A stretch of 64,000 bases of DNA. Origin: Nitrosopumilus sp. GTDB lineage: Archaea; Thermoproteota; Nitrososphaeria; Nitrososphaerales; Nitrosopumilaceae. Below the pieces are notes generated by a model. It did no database searches. It saw only the letters and a program-made list of their open reading frames with translations, and had not been told where the DNA came from. The position numbers and the translations under genes were made by a program. Location: NCBI GenBank assembly GCA_965214775.1, contig OZ243974.1, positions 256,001-320,000 on the forward strand, in the 5' to 3' direction. This document shows, one piece after another, positions 1 to 13,363 of the stretch (position 1 is the first letter of the stretch; each line of letters begins with the position of its first letter).

Positions 1-1394
1 GACGGGTCAGACAGCCTTCCGATAAACAGTATGTTGCCCGTCTCCGTGTCCTGTATGACAAAGACAAACGGGTGGTCTGCTATAAACGGCTGAGACCATG
101 ATGCTGTAGCTACTATTGCAGTCGTAGCGCCTGCCTCCGTCCCCTTTTCGTTTACGTTTATGAATGCCTTGTGGATTGCTTTAGACACGTACATCTGCAC
201 GTCCTCGCCGGCGATGCCAGAGAGGTTTGCTGTCCCTTCAAAGAGCGAGGTCACGCCCATCGCCGACAGATCCCTTTTTAGGTCGTACGAGACGTCAAGG
301 TTGAATCTTGGGAAATAGACTCCCAGTTTTTTACCTACAAGATCCCCCCTCCACTCCTCGAGGTTCTCGGCGCTCAGCAGCCCCTCCAGCTCGCCTATCC
401 CTCCCTTGTCGTTTGGCAACAGCACGAGCATGGAGATGCGGTCGCCCACGTACGGCATCTCGAGGACCTGGTGTGTGCCCACGTCTGCGTGCCTGTAATA
501 TTCCTCTCCATACATCATCGGGACTGTCACCTTTTTGTCTGGGGTCACCCAGAACGGGTAGTCCTCGATGGTTGCAGACTCGTCAAACGTGTTCACCCAG
601 TCGCCCTTAAAATATACCGCGTTTGTTATGACCAGCGCCGTTGTGCCGTCGACGGAGCCGGACGCCAGGATCTCTTTTATCTTGCCGCCGGTGTTATCTG
701 ACACCCACCCGTTAATCGTCTTGACCGCATCGCCGAATCCAAAGTTTACCTTCTCCACGCCGCTGTCGTAGTACATCCTTGCGGTCTGCACGTACTCCTC
801 TAGCGGCTCGAGCCACTCTGCCAGCCACAGCGCGTTTGCAACCGACAGCCTGTACTCTGCGTCGTGCCTGTTCAGATCCGCCATTGCCGAGCCAAACTGC
901 GTGCGTTTTTCCTCCGGAAACCCGAACACGTCGGTGAGCTCGTCTCTCGTGTCTCCCCCCGCCCCCTCGTGTGCAAGCGCAAAGGCGCTGAAGATGCTCC
1001 ACGGCGAGAAGACGATGTTTTGGCCCTCCTGCCCGGCGGCGCGGGAGTAAAAGTCCATTGCAAAGCCATTGTTTGCTGTCACGATCCCAGAATAGTCCAA
1101 GATCTCGGCGGGTATCAGGCCGCCGGCCTGCAGCAACAGGCGCGTGGACTCGGCGGCGCCGGCATCTGGCACGGTTATAGTCCACCCCATCCTTTCGGCA
1201 GTATCCTCCTTCACACATATGGCGTCATCGGCGCCACGCACGACCAGTATGAGTCCCTCCCTGCACAGAACATCCTCCGGAGAGACGCCGGCTGCAAGCT
1301 GCTTTAGCGGGGGCGGCACCTCTGCGTACGCGGTGGCAGTAAGGGCCACTACAGCCAGAACAAGAAAGAGTCCTACGGACAAGCGTCTAATCAT
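1..1394 (-). CDS. Secreted serpin with N-terminal thaumarchaeal PPLKQ/Cys domain (3' end runs off the window)
   Basis: Manual translation: signal peptide MIRRLSVGLFLVLAVVALTATAYA, then PPPLKQ..C..GL..CVK..TAERMGW. Serpin hinge/RCL IHKAFINVNEKGTEAGATTAIVATASWSQPFIADHPFVFVIQDTETGNILFIGRLSDP. Absent from the ORF track because there is no stop in the window. Confidence 0.95.
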   Translation of the reverse strand, partial: MIRRLSVGLFLVLAVVALTATAYAEVPPPLKQLAAGVSPEDVLCREGLILVVRGADDAICVKEDTAERMGWTITVPDAGAAESTRLLLQAGGLIPAEILDYSGIVTANNGFAMDFYSRAAGQEGQNIVFSPWSIFSAFALAHEGAGGDTRDELTDVFGFPEEKRTQFGSAMADLNRHDAEYRLSVANALWLAEWLEPLEEYVQTARMYYDSGVEKVNFGFGDAVKTINGWVSDNTGGKIKEILASGSVDGTTALVITNAVYFKGDWVNTFDESATIEDYPFWVTPDKKVTVPMMYGEEYYRHADVGTHQVLEMPYVGDRISMLVLLPNDKGGIGELEGLLSAENLEEWRGDLVGKKLGVYFPRFNLDVSYDLKRDLSAMGVTSLFEGTANLSGIAGEDVQMYVSKAIHKAFINVNEKGTEAGATTAIVATASWSQPFIADHPFVFVIQDTETGNILFIGRLSDP

Positions 1395-1552
1395 GGCAGA
1401 TCTACGGGCATGTAGTTAAAAAGGCTGCCGCCGCGTACAATGTGTGAGGTTACGCTCTTGCTGGTCAGACATTGGGTTATATGAAAATCATGTTCGTTAG
1501 TAATCGATGGTATGGAGTCACCTACCCCTCCCCCACCTCTCAGGCGACGGCA

Positions 1553-1643
1553 GTAAGAGTTTACCCCCAAGGCGGCACTGCTGGCCGGAGCCTTCGTGAT
1601 CATGCCTGCTGTGCCGTATCTCATGGAAGGGGTAAACTCTTAC
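1553..1643. mobile_element. MITE family A (91 bp, IS66-type ends)
   Basis: TIR GTAAGAGTTTACCCC...GGGGTAAACTCTTAC; 8-bp flanks CGACGGCA/CGACGACA (1 mismatch). Confidence 0.9.
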
Positions 1644-1705
1644 CGACGACACTTGGCAGGACCTTTAGCAATTAATTAAAGAAGGGTCTAAAACAACTGA
1701 GATCA

Positions 1706-2332
1706 GTGAATACAAAAGAAAAGCTTGTTTTGTCATCATTGTATCTGAGCCAGATCAGCGGAAAAACAGCATTGGAGATCATCAGGGAAAAGAGTGCGCC
1801 ATATGAAGAAGATAATGAAGAATACGGCTCCATTATCGGGAAACTAGTCCGGGAAAACCTGCTTGAAAGTGATTCCAAAACCCTGACAAAAGCTGGCAGG
1901 GACAGTCTCAAGGTGGTCCTGGCAGGAGGAGTCTTTGACATTATTCATCCCGGACACATCCATACGCTAAACTCTGCAAAACAACTCGGGGATGTTCTGG
2001 TGGTGGTAGTCGCAACAGACAATACCGCTGTTAAGATGAAAAAAAGACAGCCCCTTCATTCACAGGATCAAAGAAAGGAACTAGTAGAATCTCTGAGAAT
2101 GGTTGACTTGTGCCTAATTGGCCAGGAAGACGACATATTCAAGACGGTAAACCGCGTTAGGCCCCAGATAATTGCATTGGGATATGACCAGGTACATCAG
2201 GAGAAATTCATCAACGAAGGATGCAGAAAGATTGATCTGGATGCAAAAGTTGCAAGACTCCAATCTCCCATTCCGGATAGTTCAAGCTCTAAAATTCAAA
2301 GAAAGTACGGCAAGTCCATTCACGGGATCTAA
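1706..2332 (+). CDS. ribL: FAD synthetase (cytidylyltransferase family) with N-terminal extension
   Basis: GGVFDIIHPGH motif, ALGYDQ, SSSKI; adjacent to riboflavin kinase. Confidence 0.85.
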   Translation: MNTKEKLVLSSLYLSQISGKTALEIIREKSAPYEEDNEEYGSIIGKLVRENLLESDSKTLTKAGRDSLKVVLAGGVFDIIHPGHIHTLNSAKQLGDVLVVVVATDNTAVKMKKRQPLHSQDQRKELVESLRMVDLCLIGQEDDIFKTVNRVRPQIIALGYDQVHQEKFINEGCRKIDLDAKVARLQSPIPDSSSSKIQRKYGKSIHGI

Positions 2333-3021
2333 GAGGAAGAGGAAGAAATAGGAATTTTTACTGTCACTTTGGAGCCGTCCCTTAATTTTCCGGATTCTCT
2401 AATGCAGACTTTGGATATTAGCTCAATGATGGAGTCATCATGATGCGTTCTCTCCAAAATTATCAATTCGCATTTAATCGAGTTGTTTAACTCGGCTGGA
2501 AAGCATTTTACCCAGCCGTATGTTCGCCTGCCATCAGAAAAACTCTTGATTTTGGTACCTTCAAGAGCTTCAAACTGCTTTATTGATTCTTGGTGAATTT
2601 TTTTGTCCAATCGGACATTCAGAGTTCCAGGAAACGGCATATAGCCGATTTTTGACTTGAACTGCTTTGTGTATCCTTTCAGGCCCATATAGTATGCGCC
2701 CTCGCCCATTCCAGAAACCAGGGTTCCTTTTAGCTCGACAAAAGACGGCGACGAATCCAAGCTTTTTTGAAGAATGGCTGCAAGTTTTACTATTTCAGAG
2801 TATCCCTTTGGGGTGATTTTTACAGAGATGTTTCTTCCGTTAATTATTCTCTCTATGAATTGATTTTCTTCCAATTCAAGCAGGTGATTGGAGGCTGCCT
2901 GCTGTGACTTTTTGATGTTTTTTCCCAGAGACGAGGTGGTTATTGTAACAAAATTGTGCTTTGCCCCTTTTGATAAAAGATAGGAAAAGGTGGGAATGTG
3001 CTGAATCTTTAGTTCAGTCAT
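2329..3021 (-). CDS. ribK: CTP-dependent riboflavin kinase with N-terminal wHTH
   Basis: GTLVSGMGEGAYY, PFPGTLNV, ERTHH motifs. Confidence 0.9.
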   Translation of the reverse strand: MTELKIQHIPTFSYLLSKGAKHNFVTITTSSLGKNIKKSQQAASNHLLELEENQFIERIINGRNISVKITPKGYSEIVKLAAILQKSLDSSPSFVELKGTLVSGMGEGAYYMGLKGYTKQFKSKIGYMPFPGTLNVRLDKKIHQESIKQFEALEGTKIKSFSDGRRTYGWVKCFPAELNNSIKCELIILERTHHDDSIIELISKVCIRESGKLRDGSKVTVKIPISSSSS

Positions 3022-3031
3022 CTGAGTTCTT

Positions 3032-4174
3032 TTATGCTATGCCCAAATCACTAAATGTTTTGAGGTTCATGCCATCAGAGTTTGACAGTTTTGCTATTCT
3101 GTGGCCAACGACACACTCGATTCCGGCATTCTTTGCGCCCTCTAACAGTCTTTGAGTGATAATCCCATCAAGAAGAAGGTATTTGATTCCAGACTGAGTT
3201 GACAGTTTACTTACAACCTCACTGATTGGAACTTTGAATACCTCGTTTTGATCATTGTCTAGCGCAACAGCTTCTAGCGTCTCATTTAGATCTGGAAATA
3301 TTTTTGATGTCATGTCTGCCAGAGGCTTGTCCTCCTGGTTTTTTAGAGAGAGGGTCGGTTTTCCGTCTTTGATTTCATCAGATACCGGTTTGAGAATTTC
3401 GTCAATTCTTTGCGGGGTTAATTCCTCAACTTCAACGCCATTGTCTGCTCTTAGTTCATAATCAATCGGAACGATAGATTTGAGCTCCTTTAGAATGAAT
3501 CCGCCGGCTCTGTCTCCATCTAGAAATGCCACGATGATGTCTTTTGAATTGCATAGTTCCTTGATGGATTCGTCAATTTTTGCACCCTCAATTGCCAATG
3601 CGTTATCGTATCCGGCACGAAGAAGGTTGATTACGTCTGCGCGTCCTTCAACTAGGATTATCCAGTTCGAATCATGAACGCCGGAACTGCATGCGAGTTT
3701 TGATGGCCCATAACTAGACAGTTTCTTTGAATCTCCTTGATGAACGTCATTTAGCATGCTTTCTCCTTCGCTTACTGTTTTAGTTGCCCATTTTTGCTTG
3801 ATCTCTTTTGCTCGCTTGACAATATCATCTTTCTTTGCAGCCCTGACATCATCAATGGCATCTAATTTAAAGGAGCAATCAAACGGGCCTACCTTGTCTA
3901 TGCTTTCAATACTGGCTGCAATTAATGCACATGTGTCAATATCAGTGCTCATTGGAATTAACGCATTACCAGACGTAGTGTTTGCAGTGGACTTTGCATT
4001 AACCTCAATTCTGCCTACCTTGGAGACCCGTTGCAGCTCATTTAGATTCATCTCTGGGCCCAACAGTCCTTCTGTCTGCCCAAAGATGGCTCCGATTATG
4101 TCTGCTCTTTCAACGAGCCCATCAACTTCATAGGAAAGTTTAACATGATACTTGACGATTCCTGATTGAGGCAT
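3032..4174 (-). CDS. dnaG: Archaeal DnaG-type primase
   Basis: GAIFGQTEGLLG, Toprim VEGRADV, FLDGDRAG. Confidence 0.95.
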   Translation of the reverse strand: MPQSGIVKYHVKLSYEVDGLVERADIIGAIFGQTEGLLGPEMNLNELQRVSKVGRIEVNAKSTANTTSGNALIPMSTDIDTCALIAASIESIDKVGPFDCSFKLDAIDDVRAAKKDDIVKRAKEIKQKWATKTVSEGESMLNDVHQGDSKKLSSYGPSKLACSSGVHDSNWIILVEGRADVINLLRAGYDNALAIEGAKIDESIKELCNSKDIIVAFLDGDRAGGFILKELKSIVPIDYELRADNGVEVEELTPQRIDEILKPVSDEIKDGKPTLSLKNQEDKPLADMTSKIFPDLNETLEAVALDNDQNEVFKVPISEVVSKLSTQSGIKYLLLDGIITQRLLEGAKNAGIECVVGHRIAKLSNSDGMNLKTFSDLGIA

Positions 4175-4329
4175 AAACTATTCATCTCCTTAATTATCAT
4201 ATTTTGGGTCTTTGCTTTCGATATATGAGGGTATCGCAACAATTTGCGTTGAAAACAAGTTTTTTCAAAAAAATGCGCATATGATACTGGCTGGGAAACC
4301 TAAAAATGAAAAATTATGATGGTTGTTGC

Positions 4330-4680
4330 TTATTCAGTGCTAAAAGAGTGACCACATGAACAGGATTTTGTGACATTTGGGTTGTTGATTTTGAATCCTG
4401 ATCCCATTAGGCTTTCAATATAGTCGACGTTTGCACCTTGAAGGTGGTCAACACTGTAACTATCAACTAAAAGTTTTACTCCGTTTTCCTCCATGACGAG
4501 ATCGTCCTCTTCCGGCGCTTTTTCAAAGCCCATTCCATAAGACAGACCGGAACAACCGCCACCCTGGACATATACTCTAAGGTATTCTGGCTTCTCAGCC
4601 TCCTCGTTCATGAATTCTTTGATTTTCTCAGCTGCTTTTGCAGTAACTGTGATCATCTTTTGAGTTTGTTCAGTTGCCAT
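4330..4680 (-). CDS. HesB/IscA A-type Fe-S cluster carrier
   Basis: GGGCSGLSY and CSCGHSF motifs. Confidence 0.95.
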   Translation of the reverse strand: MATEQTQKMITVTAKAAEKIKEFMNEEAEKPEYLRVYVQGGGCSGLSYGMGFEKAPEEDDLVMEENGVKLLVDSYSVDHLQGANVDYIESLMGSGFKINNPNVTKSCSCGHSFSTE

Positions 4681-5075
4681 ACGAATAAAAAAGATGACTC
4701 AAATTATAATAAGCTTTCCCCGCCCTGTCCGCTAGTAATTCAGGAATTTGTGCGGTATTAGACAGATTTGATTCGACGGTATGCAACATGTTTTACAATG
4801 TCACTAAAAGACATAATTCCAACCATTCTGTTGTCATCATCAATTACGGGGAGTTTTCTAATATTCTTGCAGACGACAGGATAAGATCAGAGACAACCCG
4901 CAAATCAGAATCAGGATCAATTAAAAATAACGGGGAAGGTGTTGTTCTTCTTCCAACAGGAGAGAAAAAGACAGAGAAAGTGTGTGTCAATCGTACAAGC
5001 GGGCAGTAATTTTGATTGCAAAAAGATCCATCAGTGATTATTCCAACAGAAACTTTGCTCTAAAACAACAACAAT

Positions 5076-5155
5076 AGACTTTATGCCTAATCGGTTCAGA
5101 TCTAGGATTGTTACAAACAGAGTCATCTCATTTAGGTCGATTACGCATAAAATCT
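5076..5155. mobile_element. MITE family B (80 bp)
   Basis: TIR AGACTTTATGC..AATCG; 3-bp AAT duplication; homologous copies at 45386 and 55652. Confidence 0.9.
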
Positions 5156-5234
5156 AATAAGGAAAAAATATGATCAGGAGCATGACATTGTTTTCTCTTT
5201 TTTCTTTTTCATATCGCAAACCCTGCGTGAGTCA

Positions 5235-5618
5235 TTGCTAAGCTTGCCTGCAACTGTCACCACCCATGAAAAAATTGACCTTCTCAGATCAAGGTGCAAA
5301 GAAGCTCTGCTGGCAGAGGGATCAAAACGCACTGATCAAATAAAAAAACTAATCCTAGACAGCAAAACTGATGGCTATCTTGTGCTATATTGCAACTGCG
5401 GTGACGGATTTGTTTTTTCCTCAAACGAAAAAATAGTTGAAACGCTTTTGTGTGAAAAAGAAAGGGTGATTTTCAGAATATTTTCAGGAAGGCAGTTGCA
5501 ATTGCCCGAAATAGTGTTCTACCTTGTCCATAAGAAACTGGACATAAATGGAATAAGATCGTATAGTCGTCCTCCTGATTCAGATACTTTCCATTCCAAT
5601 ACCAGGTTCGTATTTTAG
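5235..5618 (+). CDS. Hypothetical protein
   Basis: 127-aa ORF between MITEs; no recognised motif. Confidence 0.35.
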   Translation: MLSLPATVTTHEKIDLLRSRCKEALLAEGSKRTDQIKKLILDSKTDGYLVLYCNCGDGFVFSSNEKIVETLLCEKERVIFRIFSGRQLQLPEIVFYLVHKKLDINGIRSYSRPPDSDTFHSNTRFVF

Positions 5619-5652
5619 CGTCATCAGGGGCGAGTTGCCGCGGAATGTACCC

Positions 5653-5815
5653 CAGAGGGTCGATTTGGGATTAGCAGACTCGGATCATGCATAAACGAAC
5701 TTGCGTCAAACCGATTAAAATGCCTGCAAACGGCAACAAGTCATCTGTAAGTCACTTGGCAAGTGTACAGAAAAACCCGTGCATTTGCAGTTTCTAATAT
5801 AGGATCATCTCTCAG
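5653..5815. mobile_element. MITE family C (diverged copy)
   Basis: CAGAGGGTCGATTTGGGATTAG...CTAATATAGGATCATCTCTCAG matches the ends of the copies at 40627 and 46460. Confidence 0.75.
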
Positions 5816-5972
5816 AAGGCAGACTTGAGCATGCATCAGCATTTGAAGGCAAAGAAAGCTGCAAGCATTTCTGCCCACTGCATCCATCCATTGAGCCGAA
5901 ATGATGGCAAGTGTCAGTAGCAAAACTCCAGGCCTTTTGTTTTGATAAAATAAGGGAAATTGGAAATAGCAT

Positions 5973-6758
<786 letters not shown>

Positions 6759-6769
6759 TTAAATGTTGT

Positions 6770-8929
<2,160 letters not shown>

Positions 8930-8999
8930 TCAAATGCAACCAAGTGAAATGTAAACGGGTTGTTACTTTTGTCTTGTTGGTTGGGTGTCACAAGTATTC

Positions 9000-9441
9000 A
9001 CTGCAACCGTTTGTTCATCTCTACTACATTTATCCTGTCCCTGCACAGCATGACGCGTATGGATTTCTGCATGTTATCGACGGTCTTGTAAAGGCAGTTT
9101 GCAGTTGTCTTTTTTCATCCGTGCCACTGTCCCTCCGTATTGTTCAGCTCCGGCGTGTATGGCGGCAGGTACCGTATGACCATCACCATCACCATCGTGT
9201 CCCTGTTCCACTTGGCCATCCTTCTCTTGAGTTATGCTGATTTGTGGCACGATGCGCCGTCCACAAACAACAGCACCCTGCCGTACTTGCAGTGCGGTGC
9301 CTTGAGAGGCTTGAAGAACGTGCCCGTGTTGGCCTTTTCATAAAGGCAGTTGCAGTCAAATCCGTTCTTGGAAAGTGACCCTATGGTATAGAACCGTAAC
9401 AGTTCGGACTCTGAAAGTCCAGGCATGAATTTTGCCACCAA
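9000..9441 (-). pseudogene. IS630-family transposase relic (boundaries approximate)
   Basis: Broken frames encode VLLFVDGASCHKS and RYLPPYTPELNNTEGQW. Confidence 0.8.
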
Positions 9442-9620
9442 AGTGGGGGCTGTTCAGACAGAATTTGTGCCTGAAATCAGAAACGTCTTCGGGTCTGAGC
9501 TGCTGCTACCAAGTGAAAGACAATTATTCAAAACGCTTCACCAAGCAAGAGTTTTGTTTAGGCATGAATTCCAATCCGGAGAAGATATGGTTTCATGTTC
9601 CGATAACTTCACAGAACCGG

Positions 9621-10316
9621 TCAAAAAATATGAAACGATGACTTGAAGTTATTGTAAAAAATTTTCATGTTTGATTTTACGATTGGAAGATACTCGTCTG
9701 CATCTGAACGGATTTTTTGAGGATCAACATATGGAATTTTTTTGAGTTTCTCCTCGGTGTTGTCAAGCCAGAGATTTACCATCTCCTCGTTTACTTCCAG
9801 ATGGAATTGAAGTCCAACTGCGCTTTTGTATCGAAATGCCTGGTTTTCATAGTGCTCAGAAGAGGCCAGTCTGACTGCCCCCTCAGGCAGATCAAAAGTG
9901 TCCCCATGCCAATGAAAAACCGTAAAGGGGTCATGAAAGCCCGAAAACAGCGGGGAGTTGCCGTCAATTTTCAGATCATCATAAAAGCCAATCTCCTTTT
10001 TGGGGCCACGGTATACGTTTGCGCCAAAAGTCTTTGCAATCAATTGGGAGCCCAAACAGATTCCAAGTACAGGAGTGTCGTGATCAACAAAAGTTTTGAT
10101 CAGTTTTTGTTCCTCTCTAAGATACGACAAATCATCATTTGCACTTTCAGGCGCGCCAAGAATGACTGCCATGGAAAAATCATCACCTGCGGGGATTTTT
10201 TCGTGTCTGGCATTGACAGATGTGATTTTAAACCCGTCGTCTTTTAGCAGGTCACCCAGATATCCGGATCCCTCGATGCGCGTGTTCTGAATCAGCAGTA
10301 TGTCAGACATTGCCAT
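9621..10316 (-). CDS. Type 1 glutamine amidotransferase
   Basis: LGICLGSQL, HWHGD, QFHLE catalytic motifs. Confidence 0.9.
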   Translation of the reverse strand: MAMSDILLIQNTRIEGSGYLGDLLKDDGFKITSVNARHEKIPAGDDFSMAVILGAPESANDDLSYLREEQKLIKTFVDHDTPVLGICLGSQLIAKTFGANVYRGPKKEIGFYDDLKIDGNSPLFSGFHDPFTVFHWHGDTFDLPEGAVRLASSEHYENQAFRYKSAVGLQFHLEVNEEMVNLWLDNTEEKLKKIPYVDPQKIRSDADEYLPIVKSNMKIFYNNFKSSFHIF

Positions 10317-10353
10317 ATATGATATGCAAAAGATCTTAATATCTTAAAGTTAG

Positions 10354-10746
10354 TTGTCCAGTGGTATGCTTGCGATAACAGAACAGGAGATCTCCGAGAT
10401 CAGGAGATTCATCCTCCAACTAAATACAGATCAAAAGAATGTGGTGATAGTAGAAGGAAAAAAGGATTCGGCTGCCCTGAAAAAAGTGGGATATTCCGGA
10501 AAAATTCTAGAGTTTCACAAGTTTGGAGGGATGGCAAAGTTTGCCGATTCTGTTGCAAAGTACGAAAAGATCATCATTCTTTTTGACAGGGACAAAAAAG
10601 GAAGACACCTTACATGCAGGGCAGCCAAGTTGCTAGAAAGAAGGACAAAAATCGATCTGTCCTACAAAAGAAAACTCGCAGAGATTTCCAGAGGAAGGAT
10701 CAGGTTTATAGAGCAGCTGGCATGTTACGAGCCATGCCTGGCTTAA
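10354..10746 (+). CDS. Small Toprim-domain protein
   Basis: VEGKKD and FDRDKKG motifs. Confidence 0.85.
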   Translation: MSSGMLAITEQEISEIRRFILQLNTDQKNVVIVEGKKDSAALKKVGYSGKILEFHKFGGMAKFADSVAKYEKIIILFDRDKKGRHLTCRAAKLLERRTKIDLSYKRKLAEISRGRIRFIEQLACYEPCLA

Positions 10747-12017
10747 GGCCAGATTCCTTTCTGATTAAAGGCCTCAAGAACCCTCTCTACGGCCAAGACC
10801 ATGGTGGCTTTCCTCATGTCAATTTTGTGCTCCCTTGATAATGTATACGCATCTTTGAATCCTTTGGTGATGTTCTTTTCCATCTTGTTTGCAACCTCGT
10901 CAAATGTCCAATAGTAGCCCATGTTGTTTTGCACCCACTCCAAATAAGAGATGCAGACTCCGCCGGAGTTGGCCAGGATGTCTGGAATGACCAGAATCTT
11001 CTTTTGGTAAATTACAGGGTCTGCTTCAGGCAACGTAGGACCGTTTGCAGCTTCGGCAATAATTTTACATTTTAGGTTCTTTGCAATCTTTGCAGTAATT
11101 TGGTTTTCAAGTGCGCCTGGAATCAGAACGTCGCATTTGGTTGTAAGAAGTTCTTCAGTTGAGATTTTTTTGCTTCCGGGAAATCCAACAACAGATCCCT
11201 TCTTTTCCTTGTGCTCCAGAATTTTACTGACCGGGGCGCCTTTTGGAATTGATATGGAGCCTTTTGAATCACTTACGGCAATTACTTTGGCGCCCATCTT
11301 TTCCAGATACTTGCCAGCAAACGTTGATGCGTTTCCAAATCCCTGTAAGACGACCTTTGCGCCTTTGAGTTTTAGTTTCAAGGTTTTTGCCGCCTCCCTA
11401 ACTGTGTAAGCGGTACCAAGACCGGTTGCGACATTTCTTGCCAGTGAGCCTCCCATCGAGATTGGCTTGCCCGTAATTACGCCCGGAGAATGTCTGTTGC
11501 CGTTTAATTTGCTAAAGGTATCCATAATTTGTGTCATCTCTCTTCCCGTAGTGTAAACGTCAGGTGCAGGAATGTCTTTTTCCGGGCCGATTATTTCAGA
11601 AATTTTATAGGCAAATCCCCTGGTTAATCTTTCGAGTTCACCCTCACTGAGTTTTTCAGTTTTTGGATTTACATAGATGGCTCCCTTGCCGCCGCCAAGT
11701 GGCACATCAACAATTGCACACTTCCATGTCATCCATGACGAAAGCGCCATGACTTCGCGCTCCATGTATTCGACGCCCCCTTCTGGGTCAAAGTAGCGAA
11801 TGCCTCCCTTGTACGGGCCCCTGTCGTTGTTGTGCTGGCTTCTAAATCCTGTAAAGACCCTGATTTTTCCATTGTCCATTTTTACTGGAATTTTTACTCT
11901 CAAAACTTTGTTTGGCAATGCCAAGTAATTTCTTAGTTCTTTGTCTTTGATGCCCAGAACGTCGCATGCATCATTGACTTGTTTTGTTGCATTTGCAAAC
12001 GGGTCTGATCTTACCAA
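10743..12017 (-). CDS. gdhA: Glutamate dehydrogenase
   Basis: GPYKGGIR, GGGKG, DIPAPDV, QGFGN, EAANGP. Confidence 0.95.
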   Translation of the reverse strand: MVRSDPFANATKQVNDACDVLGIKDKELRNYLALPNKVLRVKIPVKMDNGKIRVFTGFRSQHNNDRGPYKGGIRYFDPEGGVEYMEREVMALSSWMTWKCAIVDVPLGGGKGAIYVNPKTEKLSEGELERLTRGFAYKISEIIGPEKDIPAPDVYTTGREMTQIMDTFSKLNGNRHSPGVITGKPISMGGSLARNVATGLGTAYTVREAAKTLKLKLKGAKVVLQGFGNASTFAGKYLEKMGAKVIAVSDSKGSISIPKGAPVSKILEHKEKKGSVVGFPGSKKISTEELLTTKCDVLIPGALENQITAKIAKNLKCKIIAEAANGPTLPEADPVIYQKKILVIPDILANSGGVCISYLEWVQNNMGYYWTFDEVANKMEKNITKGFKDAYTLSREHKIDMRKATMVLAVERVLEAFNQKGIWP

Positions 12018-12080
12018 GGTGATCGTGATGTGAGGTCTTGGAATATATAAATTTGGTTGGAAAGTCCTGATCGGACGGTA

Positions 12081-12464
12081 TCAGATGTAGACCTTTTTGT
12101 GGTTTAGTTTTCTATCCAGTTTCTCAGTTGCCTCATATAAAGCAGAGATGTTCATTTCTAGGAAGTTTGACAGATGAAAGACCGCCCCGTATTTTTCACC
12201 AATCTTTGATACCATGTTGTTTTTCTCAAGAACCCTCATGTGGTGCTGGACTGCCTTGTAGTCCAAGCCAAGTTCCTGAGCCAGTTGGTGTGTGTTGTAT
12301 GGCTGATCGAGCAGATGCATGATTACTCGTAGTCGGGTGAACCCGCCACGGGTACTTGTGAATAGATAAAGCAGTAGTTTTCTCGTTTGTCTGTCTACTT
12401 TACGCCCGTTATTTGACGGTCTTGATTTTAGGATCTCCTGGAATTCTAAGAGTTGGCTTGTCAT
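12081..12464 (-). CDS. ArsR-like winged-helix regulator
   Basis: TRGGFTR..NTHQLAQELGLDYKAVQHH motif. Confidence 0.85.
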   Translation of the reverse strand: MTSQLLEFQEILKSRPSNNGRKVDRQTRKLLLYLFTSTRGGFTRLRVIMHLLDQPYNTHQLAQELGLDYKAVQHHMRVLEKNNMVSKIGEKYGAVFHLSNFLEMNISALYEATEKLDRKLNHKKVYI

Positions 12465-12589
12465 GCTCTTTAATGGAATAGTGTTGTTTTTGCTTAAAAA
12501 ACTATTTCCATATTTGACCCGTGTTTGGGCAGATCTTCTTTAAGAAAGACAATTACCCTTAAATTGACTGGAAACAAACTCGTCATATC

Positions 12590-13312
12590 ATGATGGCATC
12601 AAAGGGTTACGACATGACACCTACCATGTATTCTCCAGACGGCAGAATCTACCAGGTAGAATACGCCATTGAAACCGTAAAAAGAGGGACTCTGGCAATT
12701 GGCATACTTGGCAAGCAAGGAGTCATCATGGCAGTCGAGGAAAAGCCTCGTACGCTACAAAGCACGGATGTCACACAGAAAATTTTCCAAGTCGATTACC
12801 ACATAGGGGTCGCAGCGGCAGGATACATTCCAGATGCGCGAGTTCAGGTTGACAATGCAAGATTCTTCTCACAGGGAAACAGAATAACATATGACGAGTC
12901 AGTCGAAGTTGCAACTGTTGCAAAACATCTAGCAGACCAAGCTCATCAATTTACCCAGTATGGAGGGGTCCGTCCAAACGGGGTTTCAATGATAATTGCA
13001 GGGATTGACCAAAAGGGAGAATCAATCTATGTTACTGATCCAAGTGGAACCTATGTCCAATTTACGGCAATTGCAATCGGGGCAGGTTCTGATGATGTAA
13101 ATGATTTCCTGGAGAAAAATTACAGGGACGATTTGAGCTTGGAGGATGCGGCATCTCTAGCAATTGCGGCAATTAATCTAAAAGCAGAGAGAAAAGACGG
13201 AATCAGCGACATCAAGATGGCAAAGATTTCAACCGAGTCAAAAATCTTTGAAAAAGTATCAGAGGCAGACTTGCAAAGGTACTCCCAAAACGCAGCCAAG
13301 TTTGCCACATGA
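12590..13312 (+). CDS. psmA: Proteasome alpha subunit
   Basis: YD...MYSPDGRIYQVEYA signature. Confidence 0.95.
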   Translation: MMASKGYDMTPTMYSPDGRIYQVEYAIETVKRGTLAIGILGKQGVIMAVEEKPRTLQSTDVTQKIFQVDYHIGVAAAGYIPDARVQVDNARFFSQGNRITYDESVEVATVAKHLADQAHQFTQYGGVRPNGVSMIIAGIDQKGESIYVTDPSGTYVQFTAIAIGAGSDDVNDFLEKNYRDDLSLEDAASLAIAAINLKAERKDGISDIKMAKISTESKIFEKVSEADLQRYSQNAAKFAT

Positions 13313-13363
13313 CAGAATTTTAGATTTGAAAGGCATTCATTCCAGTATACGAGACGGCAGATC

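Noticed and set aside
308-1419. Numerous short ORFs in the first 1.4 kb
   Set aside because: Shadow frames of the GC-rich serpin gene on the minus strand.
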